Shown: piece by piece, positions 1-9,825 of the stretch
How positions within the stretch are numbered: position 1 is the first letter of the stretch
Layout: the number at the start of each line of letters is the position of its first letter
Origin: an uncultured Actinomycetota bacterium
GTDB taxonomy: Bacteria > Actinomycetota > Actinomycetes > JAHEKZ01
Length of the DNA: 64,000 bases
Direction: 5' to 3'
Assembly: GCA_963718235.1 (NCBI GenBank)
Contig: CAVQYR010000001.1
Location: 480,001-544,000, forward strand
Program-made: the position numbers and the translations under genes
The notes under the pieces: model-generated
The model's input: only the letters and a program-made list of their open reading frames with translations
What the model was told of the DNA's origin: nothing
Databases searched by the model: none

Positions 1-2
1 CG

Positions 3-517
3 TGCACGGTCGCGAGCGCGCAGCTGTTCGATGTCCTCTTCGGCTTCCTGCAGGGCCTGCACGACGTCCCGCGACTGCACATCGAGCACAACCTGGCTGA
101 CATTCGCTGGGTTCGGTTGGTGACCGGTCGCCAGGCGTTCGACGAGCATCAACTTCAGAGTCTCACTCAGCTCTTCGACATCGCGGAGGTCGTACAGCTG
201 CCCACGGACGATGTGGTGGCGGCCTGCATCGCCTTGAATGACTTCGACGTAGATGTGGGCATGTCCGCGGGTCCGGCCAGCATGTGGCACATCGAGCGAG
301 TCCATCCCGCCGCGCGAATCGCAACCGGGCCATGGCCAAGCCCGGAGAGTCTTGCGGTGAGGATTCTTGAAAGCCTCGAGGCAGCAGCGGATGCCGAACC
401 CGATGAGGTTAAGCGCGGAAGCTTCGAGCGGCGGTCGATGTCTTGGGCAGCACGGCCAAGGGTGTTGGAACGAGTGTGCTGACTGCCGTAGTCCTTAGGG
501 CCACGGGCATTTCCTGA
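3..517 (+). CDS. Hypothetical protein, 5'-truncated by the window edge, probably frameshifted near 420
   Basis: Frame of ORF 117-482 is open from base 3. A frame change near 'aagcgcggaagctt' continues as KLRAAVDVLGSTAKGVGTSVLTAVVLRATGIS to TGA at ~517. Lies inside the putative island end. Confidence 0.45.
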
Positions 518-688
518 TGGGGGTTGCCCACTCCAAATCCCCTCGCCGCCTGCGGGCGGTAGAAGCGTTGGCTGAAGTTAGCCGGTACCGGGGTACAGGG
601 TTGAATCCGAGGCTACGCCTGGACAAACAAGTCATCGGTGGGTGAATCCGCGGGTCACCAGACAAAGTGGCAGGAACTTCGCGGCCCC

Positions 689-731
689 CTCGTAATGCGT
701 AGGTCAAGGGTTCGACTCCCTTAGGCGGCTC
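689..731 (+). mobile_element. 3' half of tRNA-Thr(CGT): probable attR/att-core remnant of an element lying to the left
   Basis: CTCGTAATGCGTAGGTCAAGGGTTCGACTCCCTTAGGCGGCTC contains an anticodon loop (CGT), a T-arm (AAGGG-TTCGACT-CCCTT) and a 3' acceptor strand. No D-arm or 5' acceptor strand lies upstream. Confidence 0.8.
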
Positions 732-824
732 GGCGAGTGGCCCGGCTTTGGCGCCCCTTGGGCGGCCTGCTCATATGCCCGCGCAGGGTCTTGGGCCATC
801 GCTCCTCGACGCACGCGGTTTCGG

Positions 825-1127
825 CTAGGCAAAGATGTCTTCGAGGAAGCTCTTGCGCTTCTTGGAGGGCTTGCCACTCGGAGTCTGCGGTGGATAGCCC
901 TGGCGCTGAGGCGGGTACGGCTGTTGGTAGCCGTGCTCCGGGACAGCAGGTGCTGGAGCCGGGGAGGCAGTCTGGGCGGCCCACCGGAGTTCGGCGTCGA
1001 CCAGGCCGTCGAGCTCGCCGCGGTCCAGGAACACCCCGCGGCACTCGGTGCACTGGTCCACGTGGATGCCGCTGCGCTCGTACTGCCGCATGTCTCCATG
1101 GCACTTCGGGCAGGTCAGCACGCTCAT
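825..1127 (-). CDS. zf-TFIIB-type zinc-ribbon protein
   Basis: CPKC...VDQCTECRGVFLDRGEL motif; Pro/Gln-rich linker; KKRKSFLEDIF tail typical of the actinobacterial family. Confidence 0.85.
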   Translation of the reverse strand: MSVLTCPKCHGDMRQYERSGIHVDQCTECRGVFLDRGELDGLVDAELRWAAQTASPAPAPAVPEHGYQQPYPPQRQGYPPQTPSGKPSKKRKSFLEDIFA

Positions 1128-1354
1128 CCGAGGAGTCCTCTCTTCTGGTCCTTCAGCATCACAGGTGAATGTCGATTCCGCAATCTCACTGCTGAGTTAT
1201 GCTTCGCGCGGCAACGGCGCCAGCCACCAACGGATTCCACGACCTGCGGAGTGACTGGGCCGTTCCGCCGCTGGGAGCAGACAGTCCTGCGCCGACATGC
1301 ATGGTGGGTCGTCCACATCTACCTTTGGGTCTACACACTCATCCAGGAGGATCC

Positions 1355-2113
1355 GTGGCTGCGCCCACGATCGACGGACTACGGCGTTACAACCTCGTCG
1401 CGGCAGCGATTCACGCGGTGCAGGCTGTGCTCATCGTGCTGCTGTCGACCGACTTCACCCTGCCGGTCACCGCGACGTACCTCGAGGGTCCGCCTGGGAC
1501 GACCCCCGCGGACCAGATCGTCCTGTGGGACGTTCCGGTAGCGCTGGGGGTGGCCCTCTTCTTCGCCCTCTCGGCCGCCTTCCACCTGCTCGTTGCCAGC
1601 CCCTGGGGATTCCCGCGCTATCGCAAGGGGCTGCTGGCGGGGCACAACTACTTCCGCTGGATCGAGTACTCCCTTTCGGCGTCGGTGATGATCGTCCTGA
1701 TTGCCCAGCTGGTCGGCATCAGCGACGTTGCCGCGCTGCTCGCGATCTTCGGCGTCAACGTGTCCATGATCTTGTTCGGCTGGCTGCAGGAGCAGTATCA
1801 CGTTCCCGGCGACGGTGGCTGGTTGCCGTTCGTCTTCGGCTGCATCGCCGGCATCGTTCCCTGGCTGGTCATCACCTTCTACCTCGTCGGACCTGGTGCG
1901 ACCAGTGACGCCGAGCCGCCGGTGTTCGTCTACGGGATCTTCGTCTCGCTGTTCATCTTCTTCAACATATTCGCGCTGAACCAGTGGCTGCAGTACAGGC
2001 AGGTGGGGCGATGGCGCGACTACCTCGTCGGGGAGCGTGCGTACATCACGCTCAGTTTGCTGGCGAAGTCAGCACTCGCGTGGCAGGTCTTCGCGGGCAC
2101 GCTCGCCGGTTGA
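1355..2113 (+). CDS. Heliorhodopsin
   Basis: Seven hydrophobic segments; N-terminal 'LRRYNLVAAAIHAVQ', 'AFHLL', 'RWIEYSLS' and 'GERAYITLSLLAKSALAWQ' with the retinal-binding Lys. AGGAGG RBS before GTG 1355. Confidence 0.93.
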   Translation: MAAPTIDGLRRYNLVAAAIHAVQAVLIVLLSTDFTLPVTATYLEGPPGTTPADQIVLWDVPVALGVALFFALSAAFHLLVASPWGFPRYRKGLLAGHNYFRWIEYSLSASVMIVLIAQLVGISDVAALLAIFGVNVSMILFGWLQEQYHVPGDGGWLPFVFGCIAGIVPWLVITFYLVGPGATSDAEPPVFVYGIFVSLFIFFNIFALNQWLQYRQVGRWRDYLVGERAYITLSLLAKSALAWQVFAGTLAG

Positions 2114-2193
2114 TGGCGCCTCGGCGCCGGCGCTCGGTCGTCGCTGTGTCAGGTGTGGAGCGTTGACGCAGGATGCGGCCTAGGGTCAGTACC

Positions 2194-3395
2194 ATGACGC
2201 GTAGGGCAGGGTTCGACCTGGTCGGACTCGCCGCAGTCCGAGCGTGGATGCGCGCCTACGTCGACGACGGCCGCCTCCCCGGGGCATCGACTCTGATCGC
2301 CCGCCACGGCGAGATCGAGCTGTTCGAGTCCTACGGTGCTCGTGACCTGGAGCGGATGGCTCCCGTTCAGCTCGACACCCTCTTCCGCGTCTACTCGATG
2401 ACCAAGCCGGTCACCTCGGCGGCGGCCATGATCCTGGTCGAGCGGGGTGAGCTCGGGCTGGACGACCCGGTCCAGACGCTGATCCCGTCGTTTGCGGGGC
2501 TCACCGTGAATCGCCACGGAGCCGGGGACACCATCGAGCCCGAACCCCTGCGAGCCCCGATCACGGTCAGGCACCTGCTCACTCACACCTCAGGCCTCAC
2601 GTACGGGGAGGGCAACCCAGGTGCGGTGTCGCGCGCCTACGTGGAGCGCAGGACCGACTTCGGTGCCAGTGACGGGCCGCTGGCAGAGGTGGTCGACCGA
2701 CTTGCCACGATCCCCCTGCTGTTCCAGCCGGGTACGTCGTGGGCCTACGGAGTGTCGACCGACGTACTCGGCCGGGTGGTCGAGGTCGTGTCAGCACAGC
2801 CTCTGGACGCGTTCATGCATGCCCACGTCTTCGAGCCCCTGGGAGATGACTGGACACGTCGTTCGAGGTGGGGCCAGGCCAGGTGGAGCGCTTCGCCGCA
2901 CTGTATGAAGTGACAGAGGGCAACCGACTCACGTGCGTCGAGTCCCCGGAGAGCAGCCCGCAGACCGGTGCCGTCTCGACGCTGTCCGGTGGTGCCGGAC
3001 TCGTGTCCACCGCCTCCGACTACCTTCGTTTCGCTGAGATGCTGCGCCTGGGCGGGTCCATCGACGGTGTCCGCGTGCTGGCGCGCCGGACGGTCCAGGC
3101 GATGGTCAGCAACCAGCTGCCGCACGACCTGGCGGAGATGGGGCAGCCGACCTTCAACGAGACCAGCATGGACGGCGTGGGGTTCGGCCTCGGTGTCTCG
3201 GTGGTCGTCGACCCGAACCGTACGGCCTGGCGCTCGAGCGTCGGCGAGTTCGCCTGGGGCGGCTACGCGAGCACGGCGTTCTGGGTCGATCCGGTGCACG
3301 ACGTCAGCGTGGTCTTCATGACCCAGGTCATGCCTTCGGACCTCTACCCCATCCGGGCCGAGCTGCGATCCCTCGTTCTCGACGCTCTGGTCTAG
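2194..3395 (+). CDS. Serine hydrolase, beta-lactamase/esterase (class C-like) family; frameshift near 2845-2865
   Basis: YSMTKP (SxxK), HLLTHTSG, PLLFQPGTSWAYG in ORF 2173-2913; GGAGLVST and WGG in ORF 2868-3395. TAGGGT lies 7 nt before ATG 2194 (leaderless-type). Confidence 0.85.
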
Positions 3396-3407
3396 CCAGG
3401 GCAAGAG

Positions 3408-4649
3408 CTAGACGTCGACGACGTTTGGTCGCATGTTCATCCCGAACGGCTCGAGATAGCGACGGATCGCGATGGCTGCCGCGGCTCCCTCGCCTGCAGC
3501 AGACGCCGCCTGCTTCGTGCTTCCGCTGCGCACGTCGCCGGCCACGAACACGCCGGGGATCGAGGTCTGCATTCCGGCGTCCGACACGACGAACCCCTGC
3601 TCGTCGAGGTCGACGAGCTCGCGCACGAGTTCGGCATTGGGGGTCAGACCGACGAACACGAAAGCGGCCGGCACCGACAGGGTGCTGCGCGTACCTGACG
3701 GCGCCTCCTCGACCACCACGCCGGTGAGCTTGCCGTTCTCGCCGACGAACTCCACCGGGGACGTCCTCGCTCGAACGGTGATGTCCGCGTTTCGCTGCAC
3801 CTTGTCCACGGCGGCCCGACTCGCAGTGAGCTGCTCGCCGTCAGTGACCAGGGTGACCTGCTCGCCCAGGGTGGTCAGGTAGAGGCTTTCCTCGGTGGCG
3901 GAGTTGCCGCCCCCGACGACGACCACGTGCTCGCCCCGGTAGAAGGCCCCGTCGCAGGTCGCGCAGAAGTGCACCCCGGAACCGATGTAGTCGTCCTCTC
4001 CGGGGATTCCGAGCCGCCGGTAGGTAGAACCGCTCGCGAGCAGCAGCGCGTGGCAGCGATAGGCGGTCTCGGCGTCGGTACCCTCGCCGGTCCGGACGAC
4101 CCGCTGGTCGCCCTCGACGCCCACCGACGTGACCTGGGTGGCGGACAGGATCTCCACGCCGAACCGTTCAGCCTGCCGGCGCAGCCGATCGGCGAACTCC
4201 GCCCCCCGGACGCCCTCGGGGAACCCGGGGAAGTTGTCGATCTGGTCGGTGGTCCCGATGGCACCCCCGATGGCCGAGGCCTCGATGACCAGCGTCGGGA
4301 TTCCCTCACGGGCGGCGTAGATCGCAGTGGTGAGACCGGCCGGACCGCTCCCGATGACGATGAGGGAGTAGAAGCGCTCCTTGGCCTGCGTCTGGAGGCC
4401 GAGGGCCGCCGCCAGGTCTGCGTTGGACGGCTCGACCAGGGTCGTGCCGTCGGTCAGGAAGAGCACGGGGATGATGAGCTTCCCGTCGTTCACCTCCTCG
4501 ACCACGGCGCGTCCCTCGTCGTCGCCGTCGACATCGACGAAGTCGTAGGGCACTCGCTGCTCGCTGAGGAACTGCTTGGCGCGCTGGCAGTCAGGACACC
4601 ATGCGGTGCCGTACATCCGGATCGGGTGCGGAGGGTTTGTCTGGGGCAC
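3408..4649 (-). CDS. Glutaredoxin-like domain fused to thioredoxin-reductase-like FAD oxidoreductase
   Basis: N-terminal WCPDC Grx/NrdH-like domain, then GSGPAG, CATCDG, GGGNSA and TSIPGVFVAGDV. Confidence 0.88.
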   Translation of the reverse strand: MPQTNPPHPIRMYGTAWCPDCQRAKQFLSEQRVPYDFVDVDGDDEGRAVVEEVNDGKLIIPVLFLTDGTTLVEPSNADLAAALGLQTQAKERFYSLIVIGSGPAGLTTAIYAAREGIPTLVIEASAIGGAIGTTDQIDNFPGFPEGVRGAEFADRLRRQAERFGVEILSATQVTSVGVEGDQRVVRTGEGTDAETAYRCHALLLASGSTYRRLGIPGEDDYIGSGVHFCATCDGAFYRGEHVVVVGGGNSATEESLYLTTLGEQVTLVTDGEQLTASRAAVDKVQRNADITVRARTSPVEFVGENGKLTGVVVEEAPSGTRSTLSVPAAFVFVGLTPNAELVRELVDLDEQGFVVSDAGMQTSIPGVFVAGDVRSGSTKQAASAAGEGAAAAIAIRRYLEPFGMNMRPNVVDV

Positions 4650-4696
4650 GGTGGCGTCTCCTGAGGCGTGACGTGGGCACTTCTCGCGAAAGGGAG

Positions 4697-4722
4697 AACC
4701 CGAGGGCCCCAGGGATCCTTCC
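4697..4722 (-). promoter_or_regulatory. Candidate SigR/SigH-type (thiol-stress ECF sigma) promoter
   Basis: Minus strand reads GGAAG-N18-GTT ~48 nt upstream of the Grx-TrxR start, matching the GGAAT-N18-GTT consensus. Confidence 0.55.
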
Positions 4723-4759
4723 CGGGAGCGCCGGACAGTCGAGGAGGTAGGTCGACAGG

Positions 4760-5308
4760 CTAGAGATCAAGGCCGGGTAGGCCGTCCAGACTGGTCGCGT
4801 TGCGCTCCGCACGGTACGCGACCAGCTTCTCCGGTCCCTTCTTCGCCGCCGACCGGTCGAGCACGTCACGGTCGGCCTGGTAGCTCATGAGCGGCACGGC
4901 GAACCCGCAGGACTCCGCAACGCGATCGACGTCGACCACGATGACCGATCGGATCCCCGGGTGGGCGGAGAACCGCTGGACCAGGTCGGCGAAGCCCGGT
5001 TCCTCCGGCAGCACCACGTGACCCCGCCCGTGGAGGCGCACGATCCTCGGCGGCCCTTCGAACGCACAGAACATGAGGACGATCCGGGCGTTCTCGCGCA
5101 GATGGGCGACGGTCTCGATCCCGCTTCCGGTGAGGTCGAGGTAGGCGACGTGCCGATCGTCGAGCACGGCGAAGGTCCCGGCCAGCCCCTTGGGCGAGCA
5201 GTTGACCAGGCCGTCCCCAGCGAGCGGGGCTGTGGCCACGAAGAAGACTGGCTGCACGGTCAGCCAGTCGGTCAGTTTCGCGTCCAAGAATTCGATCTCT
5301 CGGCCCAT
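4760..5308 (-). CDS. Pyridoxamine 5'-phosphate oxidase family (FMN-binding split barrel) protein
   Basis: FFVATAPL...VNCSPKG...YLDLTGSGIETVAHLRENARIVLMFCAFEGPPRIVRLHG. Confidence 0.85.
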   Translation of the reverse strand: MGREIEFLDAKLTDWLTVQPVFFVATAPLAGDGLVNCSPKGLAGTFAVLDDRHVAYLDLTGSGIETVAHLRENARIVLMFCAFEGPPRIVRLHGRGHVVLPEEPGFADLVQRFSAHPGIRSVIVVDVDRVAESCGFAVPLMSYQADRDVLDRSAAKKGPEKLVAYRAERNATSLDGLPGLDL

Positions 5309-5407
5309 GACTTCGCCTCCCGATGACTTGAGCGGACGTTATCGCGGCCTTGAGGTTCGTTCCCAGAGCCTGAGGCTGGAGACGTCGACCGGAACGGGGA
5401 GGTCCTT

Positions 5408-6700
5408 ATGTTCGGACCGCGTATTGCCGCTACAGCACTGGCGTTGACGTCAGTCATCGGTGTCACCGCAGGACCTGCCGGTGCTGCAGTCGCAGCGACT
5501 TGGGGGGCCACGAAGACGCTGCAGGGCGTCTTCATGGTTTCCTCGCCGCCGGAGGCACCCAGCGTCGCCGCGAACTCGTCTGGTCATGCGGTTGCGGTCT
5601 GGGACAACACCGGCGTTGTTCGGTTCGCCGAGCACGACAAGGCGACCGGGTGGTCGTCATCTCGACCCGTGTACGCCGGTGCTGCCTGGTACGGCGGCCC
5701 GGCCTCCGTGGCGATCGGTTCTGACGGGACGACGGCGATCGCGTGGGCAACCGTGGCGACGCGTTACGTGCCGGCCAAGCTCGTGGCCTCCGTCCGGGCA
5801 CCTGGGGGTACCTTCACGCTCCCGGTTCAGCCGGCTCCCGGAGTGCTCGGAGGCTCATACTCCCTCGGTGTCGCCGGTGACGGCTCGGTGACCATGCTGT
5901 GGGCCGGGGCCTCCGGTGTGCAGTCCAGCACGAGATCACCGGCCGGTTTCTGGAGCCCCGCCCAGCAGCTGTCGGCCGGAACCGGAGTGAGCCTGCCCCG
6001 CCTCGTGGTGAACGACTCCGGTGCAGCGCTCGCGGTCTGGCAGCAAGGTGCGCCCGGGATTCCGACTGAGGTCGTCGCTGCCTATCGACCTGCCGGATCA
6101 GGTTCCTTCGACCCGGCCGCCACGGTCTCGGCGGGAACGGGCAAGGCCACCTGGAACCCCCAGCCCACGATCGATGCCACTGGTGACGTCGCCGTCGGAT
6201 TCGTGGAGGGCACGTCGATGGTGGTCTCCGAGCGCCCGCCAAGTGGCGCGTGGACAACACCTGTGACGATCTCCCCTGCTCTTCAGTCGGTGGGTGCTCC
6301 GGCGCTGGCCATGGACGATGCTGGTGACCTCGTCGCCGCGTGGCAGGCCATCGATGCGAGCGGGCTCAGCTCGGTATGGGAGAGCGGGAAGCCGGCTGGA
6401 GGCACTTTTGGCAACCCCTTGAGGTTGTCGGTGAAGGCGGACGACGCCACCGGACCGAGTGCGTCTTACTCCGGAGATGGCACGGTGGCGGCAGTGACCT
6501 GGATCGACAACGCTGCGTTGAGGGGCAAGGCATCCACCGGCACTGTCGGGGGAATCTGGACGCGATCGTCGTTGGGTCTGGGCTACTGGGGGTCGACCGT
6601 GCCGGTGGCGGCCGGTGGCGGTACGGCAGCTGCTGTCTGGGCCGCGGCGATTCCGACCAACGCGAACACATCGAAGATCGTGGGCCGTGCTTTCGGATGA
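5408..6700 (+). CDS. Secreted repeat (probable beta-propeller) protein
   Basis: Signal peptide ending AGA-A; repeated P-x-[VL]-[AV]-x-[DN]-x-x-G-x-[AV]-x-A-x-W units. Confidence 0.6.
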   Translation: MFGPRIAATALALTSVIGVTAGPAGAAVAATWGATKTLQGVFMVSSPPEAPSVAANSSGHAVAVWDNTGVVRFAEHDKATGWSSSRPVYAGAAWYGGPASVAIGSDGTTAIAWATVATRYVPAKLVASVRAPGGTFTLPVQPAPGVLGGSYSLGVAGDGSVTMLWAGASGVQSSTRSPAGFWSPAQQLSAGTGVSLPRLVVNDSGAALAVWQQGAPGIPTEVVAAYRPAGSGSFDPAATVSAGTGKATWNPQPTIDATGDVAVGFVEGTSMVVSERPPSGAWTTPVTISPALQSVGAPALAMDDAGDLVAAWQAIDASGLSSVWESGKPAGGTFGNPLRLSVKADDATGPSASYSGDGTVAAVTWIDNAALRGKASTGTVGGIWTRSSLGLGYWGSTVPVAAGGGTAAAVWAAAIPTNANTSKIVGRAFG

Positions 6701-6760
6701 TCGTTCGATCGAAAGCTGAGCGTTCGCCCTAGAGTCACCCTCACGGATCTGGAGGGTGCG

Positions 6761-8275
6761 ATGGATCAGGGTGTGTTCGCGGTCGGAGCGGCCACGCTTC
6801 CGCAGCTCCTCGACCAGCGGCGCCCCGAATCGGACGCGCCCTTCCTCGGTTGCCGCGATGGGCGGGTGCTCACCTACGACGACCTCGACGAGTGGGTGGC
6901 GCGCATCATCGGTGCAGTCCGTTCCTGTGGGGTGGTGTCGGGTGACCGGGTCGCCGTCCAGGTGGACAAGTCGCCAACCGCGGTGGCCCTGCACGTCGCC
7001 TTGCTGCGGGTGGGCGCCGTCCAGCTGCCCTTGAACCCGGCGTACACCGACGTCGAGGTGCGCGCACTGCTGGACGACGCCGAACCGTGTCTGGTGATCC
7101 GAGACCCGGCCCGGGACCGTCTTGACGGGCCGTGGCAGACGCTCACCCTGGACGTTGAGGGCGCCGGATCGTTGGCTGATGCTGCCGCTGGTCCTGCACC
7201 ACCCGTGGCCGAGTCTTCGCTGACGGCAGACAGCCCAGCAGCCCTCCTGTACACCTCCGGAACCACTGGTCGACCCAAGGGCGCCCTCCTCACCCACGGG
7301 AACCTGGTGCACAACGCCACGACACTGGTCGACGCCTGGGGCTTCAGGCGCGGCGACGTTCTCCTGCATGTCCTGCCCCTGTTCCACACGCACGGCCTGT
7401 TCGTCGCGACCCACTGTGTCCTGGCGAGTGGGTCGTCGATGGTGCTGTTACCCCGGTTCGAGATCGACGACGTTGTCCGTGCGCTGCCCGACTGCACGGT
7501 GGTCATGGGCGTGCCGACGCACTACGAGCGGATGCTGTCCGACCCGCGGTTCGACCAGGTGGCAACTCGGAACGTGCGGGTCTTCATCTCCGGCTCGGCG
7601 CCGATGACCGTCGGACTCCACGAGCGGTTTGCCACCCGGACGGGCCAGGTGGTGCTGGAGCGCTACGGAATGACCGAGACCTCGATGCTCACGTCCAACC
7701 CGCTGCACGGTGTTCGCAGACCCGGGTCCGTCGGGCCGGCGCTTCCCGGCGTCGAGGTGCGAGCCGTCGACGACGATGACCGTTCGGTGGGCGCTCACGC
7801 CGTCGGCGGCGTCCAGGTGCGGGGGCCGAACGTGTTCGCTGGGTACTGGCGACGTCCGGACCTGCAGGCCACCGAGTTCACACCCGACGGGTGGTTCCGC
7901 ACGGGGGACCTCGGACGGTTCGACGACGACGGGTACCTGGAGCTGGTCGGCCGGTCCAAGGACCTGGTGATCAGCGGAGGAATGAACGTGCATCCCAAGG
8001 AGGTCGAGGCGGTGCTGGATGCCCTCGACGGCGTACAGGAGTCCGCCGTGGTCGGTGTTCCCGACGCCGACCTCGGGGAAGCCGTGGTCGCCGTCGTGCG
8101 GGCCGAGCCCGGTGTCGTCCTCGACGAGGCGGTGCTGCGGGACGCGGCCCGACTGCGGCTGGCCGGGTTCAAGGTGCCCAAGCGGGTCCACGTCGTCAAC
8201 GACCTACCGCGCAATGCCATGGGCAAGGTGGAGAAGGCGCAGATCCGGGCCGACCTGGCGCGGTCGAAGCCGTGA
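6761..8275 (+). CDS. Acyl-CoA synthetase, MatB (malonyl-CoA synthetase)-like
   Basis: YTSGTTGRPKG, LPLFHTHGLFV, ERYGMTET, GWFRTGDLG, LPRNAMGKV. Confidence 0.85.
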   Translation: MDQGVFAVGAATLPQLLDQRRPESDAPFLGCRDGRVLTYDDLDEWVARIIGAVRSCGVVSGDRVAVQVDKSPTAVALHVALLRVGAVQLPLNPAYTDVEVRALLDDAEPCLVIRDPARDRLDGPWQTLTLDVEGAGSLADAAAGPAPPVAESSLTADSPAALLYTSGTTGRPKGALLTHGNLVHNATTLVDAWGFRRGDVLLHVLPLFHTHGLFVATHCVLASGSSMVLLPRFEIDDVVRALPDCTVVMGVPTHYERMLSDPRFDQVATRNVRVFISGSAPMTVGLHERFATRTGQVVLERYGMTETSMLTSNPLHGVRRPGSVGPALPGVEVRAVDDDDRSVGAHAVGGVQVRGPNVFAGYWRRPDLQATEFTPDGWFRTGDLGRFDDDGYLELVGRSKDLVISGGMNVHPKEVEAVLDALDGVQESAVVGVPDADLGEAVVAVVRAEPGVVLDEAVLRDAARLRLAGFKVPKRVHVVNDLPRNAMGKVEKAQIRADLARSKP

Positions 8276-9825
8276 CGTCCCCACTGACCCCTGACCTGGT
8301 GGGCAGTCCCGCCCACCGTCTGAGCGACGCCATCGCCTCACGTGAGGTGTCCTGCGTGGAGGTCGTCTCCGCTCATCTGGACCGGATCGAGAGTCTGGAC
8401 GGCACGTACCACGCGTTCGTCAGCCGGCGTCCGCGTGACGCGGTGCTGGCCGAGGCTCGTGAACGCGACTACGAGCTCGCCCATGGTGAACGTCGCGGCT
8501 GGATGCACGGGCTGCCGCACGCGGTGAAGGACCTCTCCGACGTACGCGGCCAGCCGACCACCGGTGGCTTCACCCCGGTCGACTGGGCGCCGCTTGCCAC
8601 CAGCGACAGCCTGTTCGTCGGCCGGCTGCGCGAGTCAGGGGCGGTCTTCGTCGGCAAGACCAACACGTCGGAGTTCGGTCTGGGCTCGCACACGTACAAC
8701 TCGATCGCCCCGACCACCCGAAACGCCGTCGCACCGGACCGCAGCGCCGGAGGCAGCAGTGGGGGAGCCGCAGTTGCGGTGGCGTTGGGCATGGTCCCGG
8801 TGGCCGACGGCAGTGACTTCATGGGCTCGCTGCGCAACCCGCCCGGCTGGAACGAGGTCCTGGGTCTGCGCCCGACGGTCGGACGCGTCCCGGACCTGGG
8901 CGACGACCCGTTCACCGTCGAGGCGGGCGTGGTGGGGCCGGTCGCACGCAACGTCCGCGACCTGGCGCTGCTGCTGGCCGCCATGTCCGGATACGACGTC
9001 CGGGCTCCGCTCTCCTTGGCCGAAGATCCTCGGCGACTGGTGTCACGCCTGGGCGATCCAACCGACTCTCCACGGATCGGCTGGCTGGGCGGCCTCGAGG
9101 GTTACCTGCCCACCGACCCCGGGATCCTTGAGACGTGTGACCGGTGGTTGCAGGGCTGGGCCGACATCGGAGCCACCGTCGAGCCGACCACGTTGCCACC
9201 GGCCATCGGATACGCCGGCGTCGGTGACCTCTGGCCGGCGTGGCTGACCTTGCGCCACCTCCAGGTCGGAGGGGCGTTGGCGCCGTTGCACTCAGACCCG
9301 GAGACCAGAGCGCGGATGGGGCCCGCCGCGGTCTGGGAGGTCGAGGGGTTCCGGCGGCTGAGTGTGGACGACGTGATCGAGTCGACCGCCGTCCGTTCGG
9401 GGCTGTACCGCTCGTTCCTGTCCCTGTTCGAGCGGTTCGACCTCCTCGCTCTGCCCACGGCGCAGACGTGGCCTTTCGCCGCTGAGCTCGAGTGGCCGCG
9501 GGAGATCGCCGGGCAGGCGATGGACACCTACCACCGCTGGATGGAGGTGACCACTCCGGCAACGATGGCGGGGTTGCCGGTGCTCGCAGTCCCGGCCGGA
9601 CGCGGAGTGAACGGCCTGCCGATCGGCGTCCAGCTGATCGGCCCACCACGTGCGGAGGGTGAGCTGCTGCGGACCGCAGCCCTGGCCGAGGCTCACGGCC
9701 TGATCGACGTGCTGTCTCGCCCTGCGACTTCGGTGTTGAACCGGTCGAGCATGTCCAGCCTCTCGCTCAACGAGACGTCGACATGGTCGGGGACGATGAA
9801 CTCGTCCAGGCCGGCTTCCTCGTAG
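8272..9825 (+). CDS. Amidase-signature family amidase
   Basis: GTG overlaps the upstream stop (GTGA); HGLPHAVKD, GKTNTSE, GGSSGG, DGSDFMGSLRNP. The 3' end overlaps the convergent LLM gene. Confidence 0.85.
   Translation: MTSPLTPDLVGSPAHRLSDAIASREVSCVEVVSAHLDRIESLDGTYHAFVSRRPRDAVLAEARERDYELAHGERRGWMHGLPHAVKDLSDVRGQPTTGGFTPVDWAPLATSDSLFVGRLRESGAVFVGKTNTSEFGLGSHTYNSIAPTTRNAVAPDRSAGGSSGGAAVAVALGMVPVADGSDFMGSLRNPPGWNEVLGLRPTVGRVPDLGDDPFTVEAGVVGPVARNVRDLALLLAAMSGYDVRAPLSLAEDPRRLVSRLGDPTDSPRIGWLGGLEGYLPTDPGILETCDRWLQGWADIGATVEPTTLPPAIGYAGVGDLWPAWLTLRHLQVGGALAPLHSDPETRARMGPAAVWEVEGFRRLSVDDVIESTAVRSGLYRSFLSLFERFDLLALPTAQTWPFAAELEWPREIAGQAMDTYHRWMEVTTPATMAGLPVLAVPAGRGVNGLPIGVQLIGPPRAEGELLRTAALAEAHGLIDVLSRPATSVLNRSSMSSLSLNETSTWSGTMNSSRPASS

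Noticed and set aside
660-735. Complete tRNA gene
   Set aside because: No D-arm or 5' acceptor strand complementary to GGCGGC; only the 3' half is present.
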